From Fidelibacterota bacterium (GTDB taxonomy: Bacteria > Fidelibacterota > Marinisomatia > Marinisomatales > TCS55): a stretch of DNA of 64,000 nt. The notes below the pieces were generated by a model. It saw only the letters and a program-made list of their open reading frames with translations. It did no database searches and was not told the DNA's origin. The DNA lies in contig JBHHTW010000002.1 of assembly GCA_046861385.1 (NCBI GenBank), forward strand, positions 78,948 to 142,947. The letters are read 5' to 3'. The position numbers and the translations under genes are program-made. Shown here in pieces: positions 11,046-23,200 of this stretch (within the stretch, counting starts at the first letter, position 1; every line of letters begins with the position of its first letter).

Positions 11046-12539
11046 ATGACAGACGATCATAAAAGCTTAAACGAAATCATTCGCTTTCGAAGAGAGAAAC
11101 TGGATGCACTAAAGGAAAAGGGTGTTAACCCTTATCCACATAATTATAATCCAACCCATACCAGCGGCGAGGCTCTTGCGAAATATGATGAGTTAGAAGG
11201 TAAAGATGTCACCGTCGCCGGCCGGATTATGGCTCTCCGTAAAATGGGTAAAGCATCCTTTTTTCATATCCAGGATATGGGTGGTCGAATCCAGGTGTAC
11301 ATTCGACGAGATGATGTGGGCGAAGATGCTTATGCTCATTTTAAACTCATGGATATTGGGGATTTTGTTGGTGTAAAGGGTTTTTTGTTTACGACTAAAA
11401 TGGGTGAAAAGTCAATCCACGCCAAGGAATTTACTGTATTAGCAAAGAGCATTCGTCCTCTTCCGGTTGTGAAGGAAAAGGATGGTGAAACATTCGACGC
11501 ATTCGAAGATAAGGAATTACGCTATCGCAACCGTCATTTAGACCTTATCGTAAATCCCGGCGTCAGAGATGTTTTTGTAAAGCGAGCGAAAGTTATTAGC
11601 AAAATAAGGAATTATTTAGATGGATTAGGGTTTCTTGAAGTGGAAACACCTGCCCTTCAACCTCTTTACGGAGGCGCCAATGCAAGGCCATTTACAACAC
11701 ATCATAATGCTTTGGACCAAAAACTCTATCTACGCATCGCAGATGAATTATACCTAAAACGCCTTATTATAGGTGGTTTCGACCGCGTCTATGAATTGGC
11801 AAAAGATTTTCGAAATGAAGGTATGGATCGAAGCCACAATCCTGAGTTTACCATGCTGGAATTATATTGGGCTTATGCAGACTATGAAAACATTATGGAA
11901 CTAGTGGAAGATATGTTTCGCAGCGCAGCAGAAACTGTTGGAAAAACCAAGGTGCATTGGCAGGGAAATGAAATCAATCTTTCCAAATCATTCTCACGGA
12001 AACCCATTCTGGAATTATTACAGGAAGCTACCGGGAAAAATTTGGGATCTGCAACAGACGATGAAATGATAAAACTATGTAAGTCCCATAATATTGATGT
12101 GGACGACAATGCCAATTATGGTCAGATGCTGGATGAACTTATGAGTGAACTAGTAGAGCCAAAACTTATTCAACCCACATTTGTCACTGATTATCCCAAA
12201 GCCATTTCACCGTTGGCAAAAGCCCATCGCAATGGGGATACTAACTTAGTGGAACGATTTGAATTATTTATAGGCGGCGCTGAATTTGCCAATGCATTTA
12301 CTGAATTAAATGACCCTGTCGATCAGCGTGAACGATTGGAGGCACAAGCAAGATTGAGGGAAAAAGGTGATGAAGAGGCACAACCTGTTGATGAAAATTT
12401 TATTCAGGCAATGGAGTGCGGCATGCCGCCGACAGGCGGTGTTGGAGTCGGCATTGACCGTCTTACGATGCTTCTGACAGAACAAAATACGATTAAAGAT
12501 GTCATTCTTTTTCCCGCTATGCGGACGATCGATGAATGA
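11046..12539 (+). CDS. lysS: Lysyl-tRNA synthetase (class II)
   Basis: OB-fold anticodon domain, FLEVETP, FRNEG, GMPPTGGVGVGIDRL, full length. Confidence 0.98.
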   Translation: MTDDHKSLNEIIRFRREKLDALKEKGVNPYPHNYNPTHTSGEALAKYDELEGKDVTVAGRIMALRKMGKASFFHIQDMGGRIQVYIRRDDVGEDAYAHFKLMDIGDFVGVKGFLFTTKMGEKSIHAKEFTVLAKSIRPLPVVKEKDGETFDAFEDKELRYRNRHLDLIVNPGVRDVFVKRAKVISKIRNYLDGLGFLEVETPALQPLYGGANARPFTTHHNALDQKLYLRIADELYLKRLIIGGFDRVYELAKDFRNEGMDRSHNPEFTMLELYWAYADYENIMELVEDMFRSAAETVGKTKVHWQGNEINLSKSFSRKPILELLQEATGKNLGSATDDEMIKLCKSHNIDVDDNANYGQMLDELMSELVEPKLIQPTFVTDYPKAISPLAKAHRNGDTNLVERFELFIGGAEFANAFTELNDPVDQRERLEAQARLREKGDEEAQPVDENFIQAMECGMPPTGGVGVGIDRLTMLLTEQNTIKDVILFPAMRTIDE

Positions 12540-13741
12540 AGACAGCGCTTCGCATTGCCATTCGTCATTTAGGATTTAAGCACCAGGGTAGTTTCACATC
12601 TTTTGCCGGCATTGCAGCTGTGATTGGTTTGGGATTAGGTATCTGTGCTTTAGTCCTTACCGTTTCCGTTCTTAATGGATTTGAGGATACTATTTCCAGA
12701 AAAATTGCAGGATTGGATGGACATATCCGTACCCAGCACTTTCTTTTTAGACCCGTCGATCCTTATCAATCAAAATTGGACAGTATTTTAACAAATCAAT
12801 CGGTGTCATATTCATCGGTTCCTTATATCCAGGAAGCCGCCATGGTGAGAAAAGGCCGTAGAGCGGAAGGAATTCTCATTGAAGGGTATGGAGATGACGA
12901 ACTGCCAAATGATATTGCCAAAATGGTGCAATCAGGGTCATCCGAATTGGAAAATGGAAAGGCGGTGATTGGAAAAGCACTAGCTCAAATGTTACATGTT
13001 GATGTTGGAGATAAATTGGTGTTAATGGACATGAAATCCATGATCACTATCTCATCCGGACGGCGTATGAAGCAAGTATCCATTGGTGGGATTTACAAAT
13101 CCGGTTTACAGGAATATGATCAATCGGTAGTTTATTTATCATTAAAAGACGCACAGAATTTGTTTCACTATGAGAATAAAATATCCGGCTATACAATTTC
13201 ATTAAAGGATGGAAATAATGCCGATATTATTTCAACTGTACTTGAGGAATCCTTAGGTTATCCCTATTATGTAATTACATGGAAGGAGAAACATAACAAT
13301 TTGTTCAACTGGCTAAATTTACAAAAATGGCCAATTCTAATTATTTTTGGAATGATCGCATTGGTTGGAATTGTAAATATTATTTCTGCATTATTTATGA
13401 TAGTTCTTGAAAAAATCCGAACTATTGGTACATTAAAATCCATGGGAATGGATAATAAAACCATTCGTCAAATCTTCCTAATCAAAGGGGTGTTTATTGG
13501 GTCTTTAGGTTCTTTATTTGGATTAGCGTTAGCATTAATTTTCGCTGCTATACAAATTCATTATACCCCATTGTCCATTTCAGAAGAAATATATTTTATG
13601 CGCTACGTACCCGTTCTTCTTGACTGGTCCATTATTGGAATGATCGTTTTTTGTGGAATATTTTTTTCGATACTTTCGGCGCTGTGGCCGACAGGCCGGG
13701 CAGCAGCTATTGATCCTGCCGATGCTTTGAGGTACGAATGA
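12536..13741 (+). CDS. LolC/E family lipoprotein-releasing ABC permease
   Basis: SVLNGFE, MacB-type periplasmic domain, IGTLKSMG, AAAIDPADALRYE. Confidence 0.9.
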   Translation: MKTALRIAIRHLGFKHQGSFTSFAGIAAVIGLGLGICALVLTVSVLNGFEDTISRKIAGLDGHIRTQHFLFRPVDPYQSKLDSILTNQSVSYSSVPYIQEAAMVRKGRRAEGILIEGYGDDELPNDIAKMVQSGSSELENGKAVIGKALAQMLHVDVGDKLVLMDMKSMITISSGRRMKQVSIGGIYKSGLQEYDQSVVYLSLKDAQNLFHYENKISGYTISLKDGNNADIISTVLEESLGYPYYVITWKEKHNNLFNWLNLQKWPILIIFGMIALVGIVNIISALFMIVLEKIRTIGTLKSMGMDNKTIRQIFLIKGVFIGSLGSLFGLALALIFAAIQIHYTPLSISEEIYFMRYVPVLLDWSIIGMIVFCGIFFSILSALWPTGRAAAIDPADALRYE

Positions 13742-14940
13742 AGTTTGCTTATACAATCGCACGAAGATTTATGCTCGGTGGAAAAGGTGCCGGTCCCAGT
13801 CGATTGACAGGATGGATTTCCATTATCGGTCTGGCAGCCGGAACTTTCGCTTTGATTGTTTCATTATCTGTCTTAAACGGTTTTGAGGAACGGGTTACCG
13901 GTCGGATTGTTGGATTTGAAGGAGACTTGAGAATAACGGCGGTGGAAGAAGATTTGAATTTGTCACTGATGATGAATACAATTAAAAGGGATCAATTCGC
14001 AGCAGATGCCATGCCGTACAGAGAGCGAAAAGGGTTAATATCGGGTTCTGACCAAGAACAGCGTTTGGTCATGTTAAAAGCGATAGAAATAGAACGCTTT
14101 TCAGAATTTTATAATATAAATATAAAAGAGACTGTTGTAAAACCAGAAACACCATCCATTTATATTGGACAGGTGTTAGCTCAACGGTTGAATATAGCTG
14201 TTGGTGATAATATCCAAATGATGAGTCCGGTAGATCACAGTGGTCAGATAGGCTTACCTCGGAAATATTCCGGAACAATTTCAGGAATTTTTAAAACAGA
14301 AGTTTTAGATTTAGATGATCGAATGGTTTTTATACCAATGGAATTAGGTGAAACATTGTTTTCCAGGAAAAAAAGTATCGATGGCATTGATATTCGGCTA
14401 AATGACTCAGAACAAGCCGGTGAACTAAAAAAATATTATCGAAAGAAACTCCCCGGTGGAATTTTGATTAAAAGTTGGGCTGACCTTCATTCAGGATTAT
14501 TTAACGCCATGCGAATGGAGCGATTAGGAGCCTTGGCAGTATTAAGTCTGATCATTTTAGTGGCTTGTTTTAATCTCATGTCTACGCTGGTGTTAGTTAC
14601 CTATCAGAAAATTCGAGAAATTGGTATTTTGAGAACATTGGGAACAACTGCTCGGAAAATCCAGGGAGTCATTTTATTCCAGGGATTGATGATAGGAGGC
14701 GTCGGCGCGATGACGGGAATCTTATTAAGTACTGGATTGGTTTTAGTGCAAAATCAATTTGGTTTAATTCCATTACCCCAAGAAGTTTATTTTATTGATC
14801 AATTACCAATGGTATTAAAAATGATGGATCTTTTTGTTGTGTTTGTTATTTCATTTATCTTAATCTTAATGTCTTCAGCAATTGCATCAAACCGAGCGCT
14901 AAAAATTAATCCTAAAGAAGCCGTTTATTTAGAAAAATGA
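13738..14940 (+). CDS. LolC/E family lipoprotein-releasing ABC permease (second paralog)
   Basis: SVLNGFE, REIGILRTLG, four TM segments; ATGA overlap with the upstream gene. Confidence 0.9.
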   Translation: MKFAYTIARRFMLGGKGAGPSRLTGWISIIGLAAGTFALIVSLSVLNGFEERVTGRIVGFEGDLRITAVEEDLNLSLMMNTIKRDQFAADAMPYRERKGLISGSDQEQRLVMLKAIEIERFSEFYNINIKETVVKPETPSIYIGQVLAQRLNIAVGDNIQMMSPVDHSGQIGLPRKYSGTISGIFKTEVLDLDDRMVFIPMELGETLFSRKKSIDGIDIRLNDSEQAGELKKYYRKKLPGGILIKSWADLHSGLFNAMRMERLGALAVLSLIILVACFNLMSTLVLVTYQKIREIGILRTLGTTARKIQGVILFQGLMIGGVGAMTGILLSTGLVLVQNQFGLIPLPQEVYFIDQLPMVLKMMDLFVVFVISFILILMSSAIASNRALKINPKEAVYLEK

Positions 14941-15614
14941 TATTAAAAGCCACTGGTATAAATAAATCCTACCATAATGGATCGAAGACACTCGATGTAT
15001 TAAAGAATATCAATATACAATTAATGGTGGGAGATATGGTAACAATAATGGGTCAATCGGGTGCCGGTAAAACCACATTATTAAACATATTGGGGACATT
15101 GGATAATCCTGACGGCGGTAAGGTAGAAATATGCGGAAAGGATATTGACGTGTTAAGTGAAGAAGAATTATCCTCCTTACGTAATAATCATTTGGGGTTC
15201 GTATTCCAATTTCATCATTTATTGCCTGAATTCACTGCAATTGAAAATGTATTAATGCCCAGCCTGATCGCCGGAGATGAAGACGATGTTAAAGAACGAG
15301 CAAAAGAATTATTTGAATATGTAGAAATGGTAGAACGGAAAGATCATTATCCATCACAATTATCTGGCGGGGAAAGACTTCGGGTAGCTGTGTTAAGGGC
15401 AATTATCCGAAAACCGGATGTTATTCTAGCGGATGAACCGACTGGAAATTTAGATATAACGAACGCAAATAAATTACTGAGTTTGTTTAATAAAATTAAT
15501 AAAGATTTTGATCAGGCGTTTGTAATTACAACTCACAATCCGAGTGTCGCCGATATTGGTCACAGAAAATATATTTTAGAAAATGAAACATTATCTTTGA
15601 CAGATAGTGTTTGA
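14937..15614 (+). CDS. lolD: Lipoprotein-releasing ABC transporter ATPase
   Basis: GQSGAGKT, GFVFQFHHLL (LolD motif), LSGGE, ADEPTGNLD. Confidence 0.92.
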   Translation: MILKATGINKSYHNGSKTLDVLKNINIQLMVGDMVTIMGQSGAGKTTLLNILGTLDNPDGGKVEICGKDIDVLSEEELSSLRNNHLGFVFQFHHLLPEFTAIENVLMPSLIAGDEDDVKERAKELFEYVEMVERKDHYPSQLSGGERLRVAVLRAIIRKPDVILADEPTGNLDITNANKLLSLFNKINKDFDQAFVITTHNPSVADIGHRKYILENETLSLTDSV

Positions 15615-15647
15615 AAACGAGTAAACTATTGCTAATTTAAGTTTGAA

Positions 15648-18143
15648 ATGAAAGAGAATTTTTCAAAACGAGTCCAATTAATTATGAAAAATGCTAAGGA
15701 GGAAGCCATCCGACTTGGACATAGCTATGTTGGTTCAGAACACTTATTATTGGGTCTAATTCGATTGAATTCGGGGTTGACCCAAAAGATTTTGGATATT
15801 TACGATTGCGATATAGAAGATATCCGAACAATGGTAGAAGACTTGATTAAATCTTCTGGTGGTACCATGACGCTCGGTCATCTGCCATTGACACGCCGCG
15901 CAGAACGAATATTGCGCAATGCTTACAATGAAGCAGCCGCTTTGGGTGCATCTGTTGCCGATGATGAACATCTGCTATTAGCGATGTTAAAAGAAACGGA
16001 AGGAATTGCCCTGGAAGTATTGAATTCATACAATCTTGATTTTAGCGGCGTGATGGAATTACTTCACGATGAAACAGATGAGGATGAAGATAGAGAAGAT
16101 GACTTGCCGATGATCCAAAAACAACATGTCGGAAAAAAATCAAAAACACCTGCACTGGACCATTTTTCACGAGATATTACCGATTTAGCAAGGAAATCTA
16201 AATTGGATCCGGTTATTGGTCGTCAGGAAGAAATTAACCGTGTGGCTCAAATTTTATCCCGCAGAAAGAAAAATAATCCCGTATTAATCGGAGAACCGGG
16301 AGTGGGTAAAACAGCAATCATTGAGGGACTTGCTCAGCGTATAATTGAGAAATCGGTTCCAAGGTTATTACACAATAAACGTATTTTATCTTTGGATCTT
16401 GCATCTATTGTTGCCGGAACAAAATATCGCGGGCAGTTTGAAGAACGCATGAAAACAATCATGGTGGAGTTGGAAAATTCAAACGACTTGATTTTGTTTA
16501 TTGATGAATTACATACCATAGTTGGTGCCGGAGGAGCGTCCGGCTCCTTAGATGCTTCAAACATGTTTAAACCTGCTTTAGCAAGGGGAGATATTCACTG
16601 CATCGGTGCGACAACATTAGATGAATTCCGTAAGCATATTGAAAAAGACGGAGCACTTGAAAGACGGTTTCAAAAAATAACAGTGAATCCTCCCACTCAG
16701 GAAGAAACGATTCAGATTTTGAATGGATTAAAAAAAGCGTATGAAACCCATCACAATGTTCAGTACGAAGATGATGCTATTAAAGCATGCGTTTATTTAT
16801 CGGATCGTTATATCACCGATAAATATTTACCGGATAAGGCCATTGACGTCATGGATGAGGCGGGATCAAGAGCACATCTGCATAATATTGTCGTCCCCCA
16901 AAATATTTTAGATCTCGAAAAGGAAGTAGATATAGTCCGACTCAAAAAAGAAGAAGTTGTATCGAAACAAAAATTTGAAGAGGCAGCCAATTATAGGGAT
17001 AAAGAACAAAAGTTGCTGATTCAATTATCAAAGGCACAGCAAGAATGGCAGGATGACGAGCAATCCAGCCTCGAAATTATTACTGAAGATAATATTGCAG
17101 ATGTTGTTTCAATGGTTTCAGGAATTCCGGTTAATAAAGTCGCAGAATCGGAAACGAAAAAGCTTTTGAAAATGAAAGATAATTTACAGAAATACATTAT
17201 TGGTCAAACGCAAGCGATTGAAATTATTTCAAAATCCATCCAAAGAGCCAGAGCCGGTTTAAAGAATCCAAAACGTCCCATTGGTGTATTTTTATGTTTA
17301 GGTCCAACAGGGGTTGGAAAAACTGAATTAGCAAAAGTGTTAGCAAATTATTTGTTTAACCATACGCAAGCTTTAATAAAAATTGATATGTCCGAATTCG
17401 GGGAACGATTTTCAGTTTCCAGGTTAATCGGCGCACCACCGGGGTACGTAGGATATGAAGAGGGCGGGGAACTGACCGAAAAGGTTCGTCGGAATCCATA
17501 TTCCGTTGTGCTGTTTGATGAAATTGAAAAAGCACATCCGGATGTTTTTAATTTATTACTGCAGTTATTCGATGAAGGTGTTTTAACCGATAGCATGAGC
17601 AGAAAAGTGGATTTTAAAAATACCATTACCATTATGACCTCCAATATTGGCACAAAGGAACTAATGAAAGGGAGTACATTGGGGTTTGTGGATCAAACTG
17701 GTGGAAAATCTTACGAAAAAATGCAGGATAAACTTTTGGATGCAGTGAAAAATTCATTTAGCCCGGAATTTTTGAATCGGATAGATGAAACCATTGTTTT
17801 CCACCCATTAGCTAAAGAACACGTTCTGGATATAATCCATTTACAGTTGGAAGATTTGCGTTCAAATCTGGGTCGAAAAAATATAAAATTCAGATTATCC
17901 AAAACGGCGAAGAAATTGCTATTAAAAAAGGGATTTAAACCAGAATTCGGAGCACGTAATTTACGTCGAGAAATTCAAAATAATTTTGAAGACCCCATAT
18001 CTGAAATGCTGCTGGAAGATAAATTTTCCGAAGGTGATATTATTAGTATTACTGCTTCAAAAGGATCCTTTTTATTTACAAAACTCAAATCAAAAAAATC
18101 AACAATTTCAAGCACGAAAATCAGAGAAGCTAAATCATCGTAG
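15648..18143 (+). CDS. clpC: ATP-dependent Clp protease ATP-binding subunit ClpC
   Basis: Clp N-terminal repeats, two AAA+ modules (GEPGVGKT, GPTGVGKT), UVR motif FEEAANYRD, LGF ClpP-binding loop. Confidence 0.95.
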   Translation: MKENFSKRVQLIMKNAKEEAIRLGHSYVGSEHLLLGLIRLNSGLTQKILDIYDCDIEDIRTMVEDLIKSSGGTMTLGHLPLTRRAERILRNAYNEAAALGASVADDEHLLLAMLKETEGIALEVLNSYNLDFSGVMELLHDETDEDEDREDDLPMIQKQHVGKKSKTPALDHFSRDITDLARKSKLDPVIGRQEEINRVAQILSRRKKNNPVLIGEPGVGKTAIIEGLAQRIIEKSVPRLLHNKRILSLDLASIVAGTKYRGQFEERMKTIMVELENSNDLILFIDELHTIVGAGGASGSLDASNMFKPALARGDIHCIGATTLDEFRKHIEKDGALERRFQKITVNPPTQEETIQILNGLKKAYETHHNVQYEDDAIKACVYLSDRYITDKYLPDKAIDVMDEAGSRAHLHNIVVPQNILDLEKEVDIVRLKKEEVVSKQKFEEAANYRDKEQKLLIQLSKAQQEWQDDEQSSLEIITEDNIADVVSMVSGIPVNKVAESETKKLLKMKDNLQKYIIGQTQAIEIISKSIQRARAGLKNPKRPIGVFLCLGPTGVGKTELAKVLANYLFNHTQALIKIDMSEFGERFSVSRLIGAPPGYVGYEEGGELTEKVRRNPYSVVLFDEIEKAHPDVFNLLLQLFDEGVLTDSMSRKVDFKNTITIMTSNIGTKELMKGSTLGFVDQTGGKSYEKMQDKLLDAVKNSFSPEFLNRIDETIVFHPLAKEHVLDIIHLQLEDLRSNLGRKNIKFRLSKTAKKLLLKKGFKPEFGARNLRREIQNNFEDPISEMLLEDKFSEGDIISITASKGSFLFTKLKSKKSTISSTKIREAKSS

Positions 18144-18146
18144 CTT

Positions 18147-18218
18147 CTGCCATATCGGTTAAAATATATTAATAAAACTGTCATATAGGTTTACATTACT
18201 ATGTGGTATACTAATTGT
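18147..18218 (+). promoter_or_regulatory. Putative dnaK promoter: 14-bp direct repeats plus sigma54-like -24/-12 element
   Basis: ctgccatatcggtt (18147) and ctgtcatataggtt (18178), 31 bp apart; TGGtatactaaTTGt at 18204-18218. Confidence 0.4.
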
Positions 18219-18264
18219 GTTATTGTAAAAACAATTCATAATTCATCAAAAAAGGAATAAAAAA

Positions 18265-20166
18265 ATGAGCAAAATTATTGGTATTGACTTAGGAACAACC
18301 AATTCCTGTGTTGCAGTATTAGAAGGTGGAGAACCCTCCATTATCAATAATCCTGAAGGAGGCAGAACCACTCCATCAGTTGTGGCATTCACAAAAAACG
18401 GTGAGAGGCTTGTAGGACAACCAGCCAAACGACAAGCAGTAACAAATTCCCAAAAGACCATTTTTTCTATTAAACGGTTTATGGGGCGGAAATATGATGA
18501 AGTGGGTACAGAAATTGAAGAAGTACCCTATCCAGTATCAAAGAAAAAAGGTGGTGCAGTAGCAGTAAAGGTGGATGAAAAAGAGTATACTCCTCCGGAA
18601 ATCAGTGCTATGGTATTGCAAAAATTAAAGCAAATGGCCGAAGAGCATTTAGGTGCGACCGTAACAGAAGCTGTTGTTACTGTTCCTGCATATTTTAATG
18701 ATTCTCAGCGTCAAGCTACAAAGGACGCGGGTAAAATTGCCGGCTTGAATGTGCGTCGTATTATTAATGAGCCGACGGCAGCTGCCCTTGCTTATGGTCT
18801 TGATAAGAAAAAAGATGAAAAGATTGCAGTATTCGATTTAGGTGGTGGCACCTTTGACATTTCCGTCTTGGAATTAGGAGATGGTGTATTTGAAGTGAAA
18901 TCAACCAATGGTGACACACATCTTGGTGGGGATGATTTTGATCAAAAGGTTATCAATTGGATCGCTGATGAATTTAATAAAAGCGATGGTATTGATTTAC
19001 GTAAAGACCCAATGGCATTACAAAGATTGAAAGAAGCGGCTGAAAGTGCTAAGAAGGAATTATCCAGCTCAAAGCAAACTGAGATTAATTTACCTTTTGT
19101 TACTGCGGACGCTTCAGGACCAAAACACCTTAACCTGACATTATCAAGAGCAAAATTCGAAGAATTAGTATCAGATTTGGTACAACGAACAATCGAGCCA
19201 TGCAAAAAAGCCATCAGAGATGCTGGTCTTTCTGCTGCTGAAATTGATGAAGTAATCTTGGTAGGTGGTTCAACGAGAATACCGAAAATCCAGGAAAAGG
19301 TGAATGAAATTTTCGGTAAAGAACCCAATCGCAGCGTTAATCCTGATGAAGTCGTCTCTTTAGGCGCGGCAATTCAAGGTGGCGTTCTGGCCGGAGATGT
19401 TGATGATATACTACTTTTGGATGTAACACCCCTTTCATTGGGAATCGAAACACTTGGAAGCGTATCAACAAAATTGATCGAACGGAACACCACTATTCCG
19501 ACTCGAAAATCTCAAGTGTTCAGCACAGCAGCAGACAATCAAACGACGGTAGAAATTCACGTACTACAAGGTGAACGGGAGATGGCGGTTGATAATAAAA
19601 CCATCGGACGTTTCCATTTAGATGGAATTCCTCCGGCACCAAGAGGTGTTCCTCAAATCGAAGTCACGTTTGATATAGATGCGAATGGTATTCTGAATGT
19701 AAATGCAAAAGATAAGGCAACCGGGAAAGAACAAACCATTCGTATTGAAGCATCCAGTGGATTGAGTGAAAATGAGATAGAGAAAATGGTAAATGATGCA
19801 AAAAAACATGAATCTGAAGACAAAGAAAAACGAGAACTGGTTGATATCCATAACCAAGCTGAACAACTGATTTATCAGACTGAAAAAAATATTGAGGAAT
19901 TTGGTGAAAAGTTAAGTGAAGACGAGAAAAAGACACTTACTGATTCTGTCGAAAAACTAAAGACTGCGAACTCAGGTACAATAGTGAGTGATATTAAATC
20001 TTCAATGGATTCATTAAATGCTGCGTGGAATAAATTGGCATCTAAGATGTATGAAGCCACTAAAGATGATGAACAACCCAATGCTGAAGCGCCCCCAACA
20101 AAGGAAGAGAAAGCAAAAAAAGATGAAGGCGAGATTGAAGATGCTGACTATGAAGTTGTTGATTAA
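18265..20166 (+). CDS. dnaK: Chaperone DnaK (Hsp70)
   Basis: [20 protein letters not shown]-terminal [10 protein letters not shown] aagga upstream. Confidence 0.99.
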   Translation: MSKIIGIDLGTTNSCVAVLEGGEPSIINNPEGGRTTPSVVAFTKNGERLVGQPAKRQAVTNSQKTIFSIKRFMGRKYDEVGTEIEEVPYPVSKKKGGAVAVKVDEKEYTPPEISAMVLQKLKQMAEEHLGATVTEAVVTVPAYFNDSQRQATKDAGKIAGLNVRRIINEPTAAALAYGLDKKKDEKIAVFDLGGGTFDISVLELGDGVFEVKSTNGDTHLGGDDFDQKVINWIADEFNKSDGIDLRKDPMALQRLKEAAESAKKELSSSKQTEINLPFVTADASGPKHLNLTLSRAKFEELVSDLVQRTIEPCKKAIRDAGLSAAEIDEVILVGGSTRIPKIQEKVNEIFGKEPNRSVNPDEVVSLGAAIQGGVLAGDVDDILLLDVTPLSLGIETLGSVSTKLIERNTTIPTRKSQVFSTAADNQTTVEIHVLQGEREMAVDNKTIGRFHLDGIPPAPRGVPQIEVTFDIDANGILNVNAKDKATGKEQTIRIEASSGLSENEIEKMVNDAKKHESEDKEKRELVDIHNQAEQLIYQTEKNIEEFGEKLSEDEKKTLTDSVEKLKTANSGTIVSDIKSSMDSLNAAWNKLASKMYEATKDDEQPNAEAPPTKEEKAKKDEGEIEDADYEVVD

Positions 20167-20183
20167 ACCATAAAATACATATT

Positions 20184-20224
20184 AAACAAAAAAAGCGTTC
20201 CAATTGAACGCTTTTTTTGTTTTT
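20184..20224 (+). terminator. Rho-independent terminator after dnaK (likely bidirectional)
   Basis: aaacaaaaaaagcgttc-caatt-gaacgctttttttgtttt. Confidence 0.9.
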
Positions 20225-20275
20225 GGAACTGGACTCACGTATATTCGTATTGACGGGTACTGCGTTCAAACATAA

Positions 20276-23200
20276 ATGAAACACGTAAAAACCATTCTTA
20301 TAGGCCTGACGTTCATTTTGATCGTTGCATTAAACATATTTCTGCAATCATCATTATGGCGGAGTCCAATTCAAACATATATAAATAATAAGCTGAAAGA
20401 ACATTCAAAATGGCAGATCGTAATACCTGAACTAAGCGGGAATTTAGGAAGTACCATAAATGGGTTAGACATACGTCTGACAAATCAGAATGGTACAGAA
20501 GTTATTATTGGTGAATTCCATGCGAGGATGAATATTTTTAAAACTATCATTGGGAAACCAACCCTTTCATTTTTTCAAATTAACAATATTGAAATCCATC
20601 CTGTTTTTCAGTCAGATAACATGATTATGGACGAAAATATTGATACAACTTCCTTGGATATCTCAACAGATTTTAACTTTGTTATTGAAGATATTAGTTT
20701 AGACGGGTTTATAGAAATTCCATTAAAAAACGATACATCAATAATTAATATTAACCTCAAAAGCTATTTAAAAATAAATCCAACAAAAAAGGAATTTCAT
20801 ATTGATGAATTTTCCGCATCTCTCAATGATACTCTTGGATATGTCCTACTCAGGAATACTTCCCTTATCGTATTTGAAACAAGGGCTGAAATTGGTCATG
20901 CTAATGGTGTTATGAATGGATTGCCATTTGGGGGTGACTTTTATTATGATTGGACTGTGGTTCCGGATTTCTCTGGTGACATTCACATAGACCGTTATGA
21001 AATTCCAGACAAAATATTTAAACATAGATTATTAAAATCGAAATTTTCATCAATAGAAACTTTTTTACATTTTGAATCTGATCTAACAAATTTTCAAGGT
21101 GATTTGACAGTAAGAAATCCACTCGGATTATTTATGAAAGGGGATTTGTCATTAACTCGCCATGATGAGTACATTAGTTTAAATCGTTTGGGACTTGAAA
21201 GTGAAGAATCCAATTTAACAATTACAGGTATTTATGAAGACAATGGCCGAATAAGTGGGAATGCGTTATTATCTCAATTTGATTTAAGCAAGTGGATCAC
21301 AGACCAAAAACCCACCAATGTTAATGGTACGATAATTCTCGATGGAACTATAAAAAAAGGGTCCATGAGTGATATTTCCATGACAATGGAAATAAATGAG
21401 TCGGAATTATATAAAGCTAATGAAATATCTATTTCAGGTTCGTTATTTTATAATGATAACATAATCTCATTTGATAATCCATTAAGCATGAGTGTCGGTC
21501 CGAGTTTTATTGATGTAAAAGGATTTGCTGATTTGGGTGAGGAAAAACTGGATTTGGAGCTGAAGTTAAATGAAGCAAGCGTTTTTCTTATTAATAATTT
21601 CTGGTCGGACTCATTAACAAGCGGTATTGCTACAGGAGATTTACTAATTAAAGGCTTATTCAATAATCCAATGATAAAGGCAGAATTGGATTGCAGGAAT
21701 TTGGGTTATAAAGAAATGGTTTTGGAAGATATTACTTTAAATGCTCATTGGATACCTGCCGATGAAGGTGGGGACGGATTTTTTAGAGGAAAAATTGGAA
21801 AAGGATCATGGAGAAAGTATGGGTTTGATTACGGTATTGTGGATATTGCATTTTCTTCAAACGGTATTGAATTTCAAAGCGCTGAATTCAAGCAAAACGA
21901 AAATTATTTACAAACTTCAGGAATTATATCTCCGGACAGTATTTTGTCGATTGATCGGTTACAACTGGCTTATGAAAACCATTATTTTATAAATGCAAAG
22001 CCGTTTAGGGTGAAATATCAACCAAATAGGATTGAATTTTATCCGTTTGAATTCCACGTTGATGATGGCATTGCAACTGGGCAGATGGTCATAGGTGATG
22101 CCATCAGAGGGCAATTTCAATTATCGAATATTAACGCTGATATAATGAAATTGTTTACGGATGACGAACGTTTTCACATTTCTGGAAATAGTTTTGGAGA
22201 TATTTCTGTTATGGATATTGATAACCAACCTGAAGTGAAAATGGATATAACACTAAAAAATGGAATTATTGCAAGACAACAATTTTCCGAAATGGTTATT
22301 GCCGGATCGATTTATCAATCAACATTAACAGTAGATGAAATCACGCTGGTCTCAGATGGAAAACAATTTGCAACGCTATCAGGATTTATCCCCATCGGCA
22401 AAACAGAAAATGGTGAAAGGGAATTTGATTTTTATACGATATTTAATGATTTGGATATATCCATATTAACACAATTCATAAAACCTAAATTTTTCATGGA
22501 CGGAAAAATCACAGGAGGGTTCCATTTGGGAGGTAGTCCAAAAAATACTTTATTTGATTATGATTTAATCATTGAGGATGCAATTTGGGATCGCTTGGCC
22601 TTAGGTAAAGTTGCATCTGAGGGATTATTTGATGGTCACCGATTATATTTAAATAAGTTTTCCTCAGAATATCCCGGATCCATGATAGCAGGATCAGCGT
22701 ATTTACCTATTGATTATAATTTATCGTCTGAAAAGTTTGGTCGATATTTTGAGAGCGATTCCCTTTGGCTATTAGTAAATGGTAAAACAAAAGATTTGGA
22801 ATTTCTCTCAGCCTATATATCGACGATTGACTCCATTACCGGCGACTTCGATATAGAATTAGAATTAAATGGCCCTATTGATTCATTGGTTAGAGACGGT
22901 CACATAACCAGTCAGAATGGAACTATTTATTCCACCCAGCTTGATGATCCCATCCAAAATGTTGATGGAAATGGAGCTCTCGTGAATAATCAACTATTAT
23001 GGAGGAATCTAAGTGGGGCAATGGTGGACGGTTCGTCACGTAAGAATAAATCAAATATTTTTGTAACCGGTTCAATGGATATGACCAGTTTTTTTAGGCC
23101 TTCATATCAATTGGGAATTAAGGGGAATGAACTTCATTTCAGGACGCTATTAGGAGATATGGAAGGAATTTGTAATTTAGATTTGTCGTTGACAGGCAAG

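Noticed and set aside
11046-12539. EF-P lysyltransferase EpmA
   Set aside because: It contains the full anticodon-binding domain, so it is a true LysRS.
18144-18264. CIRCE operator upstream of dnaK
   Set aside because: No TTAGCACTC-N9-GAGTGCTAA match.
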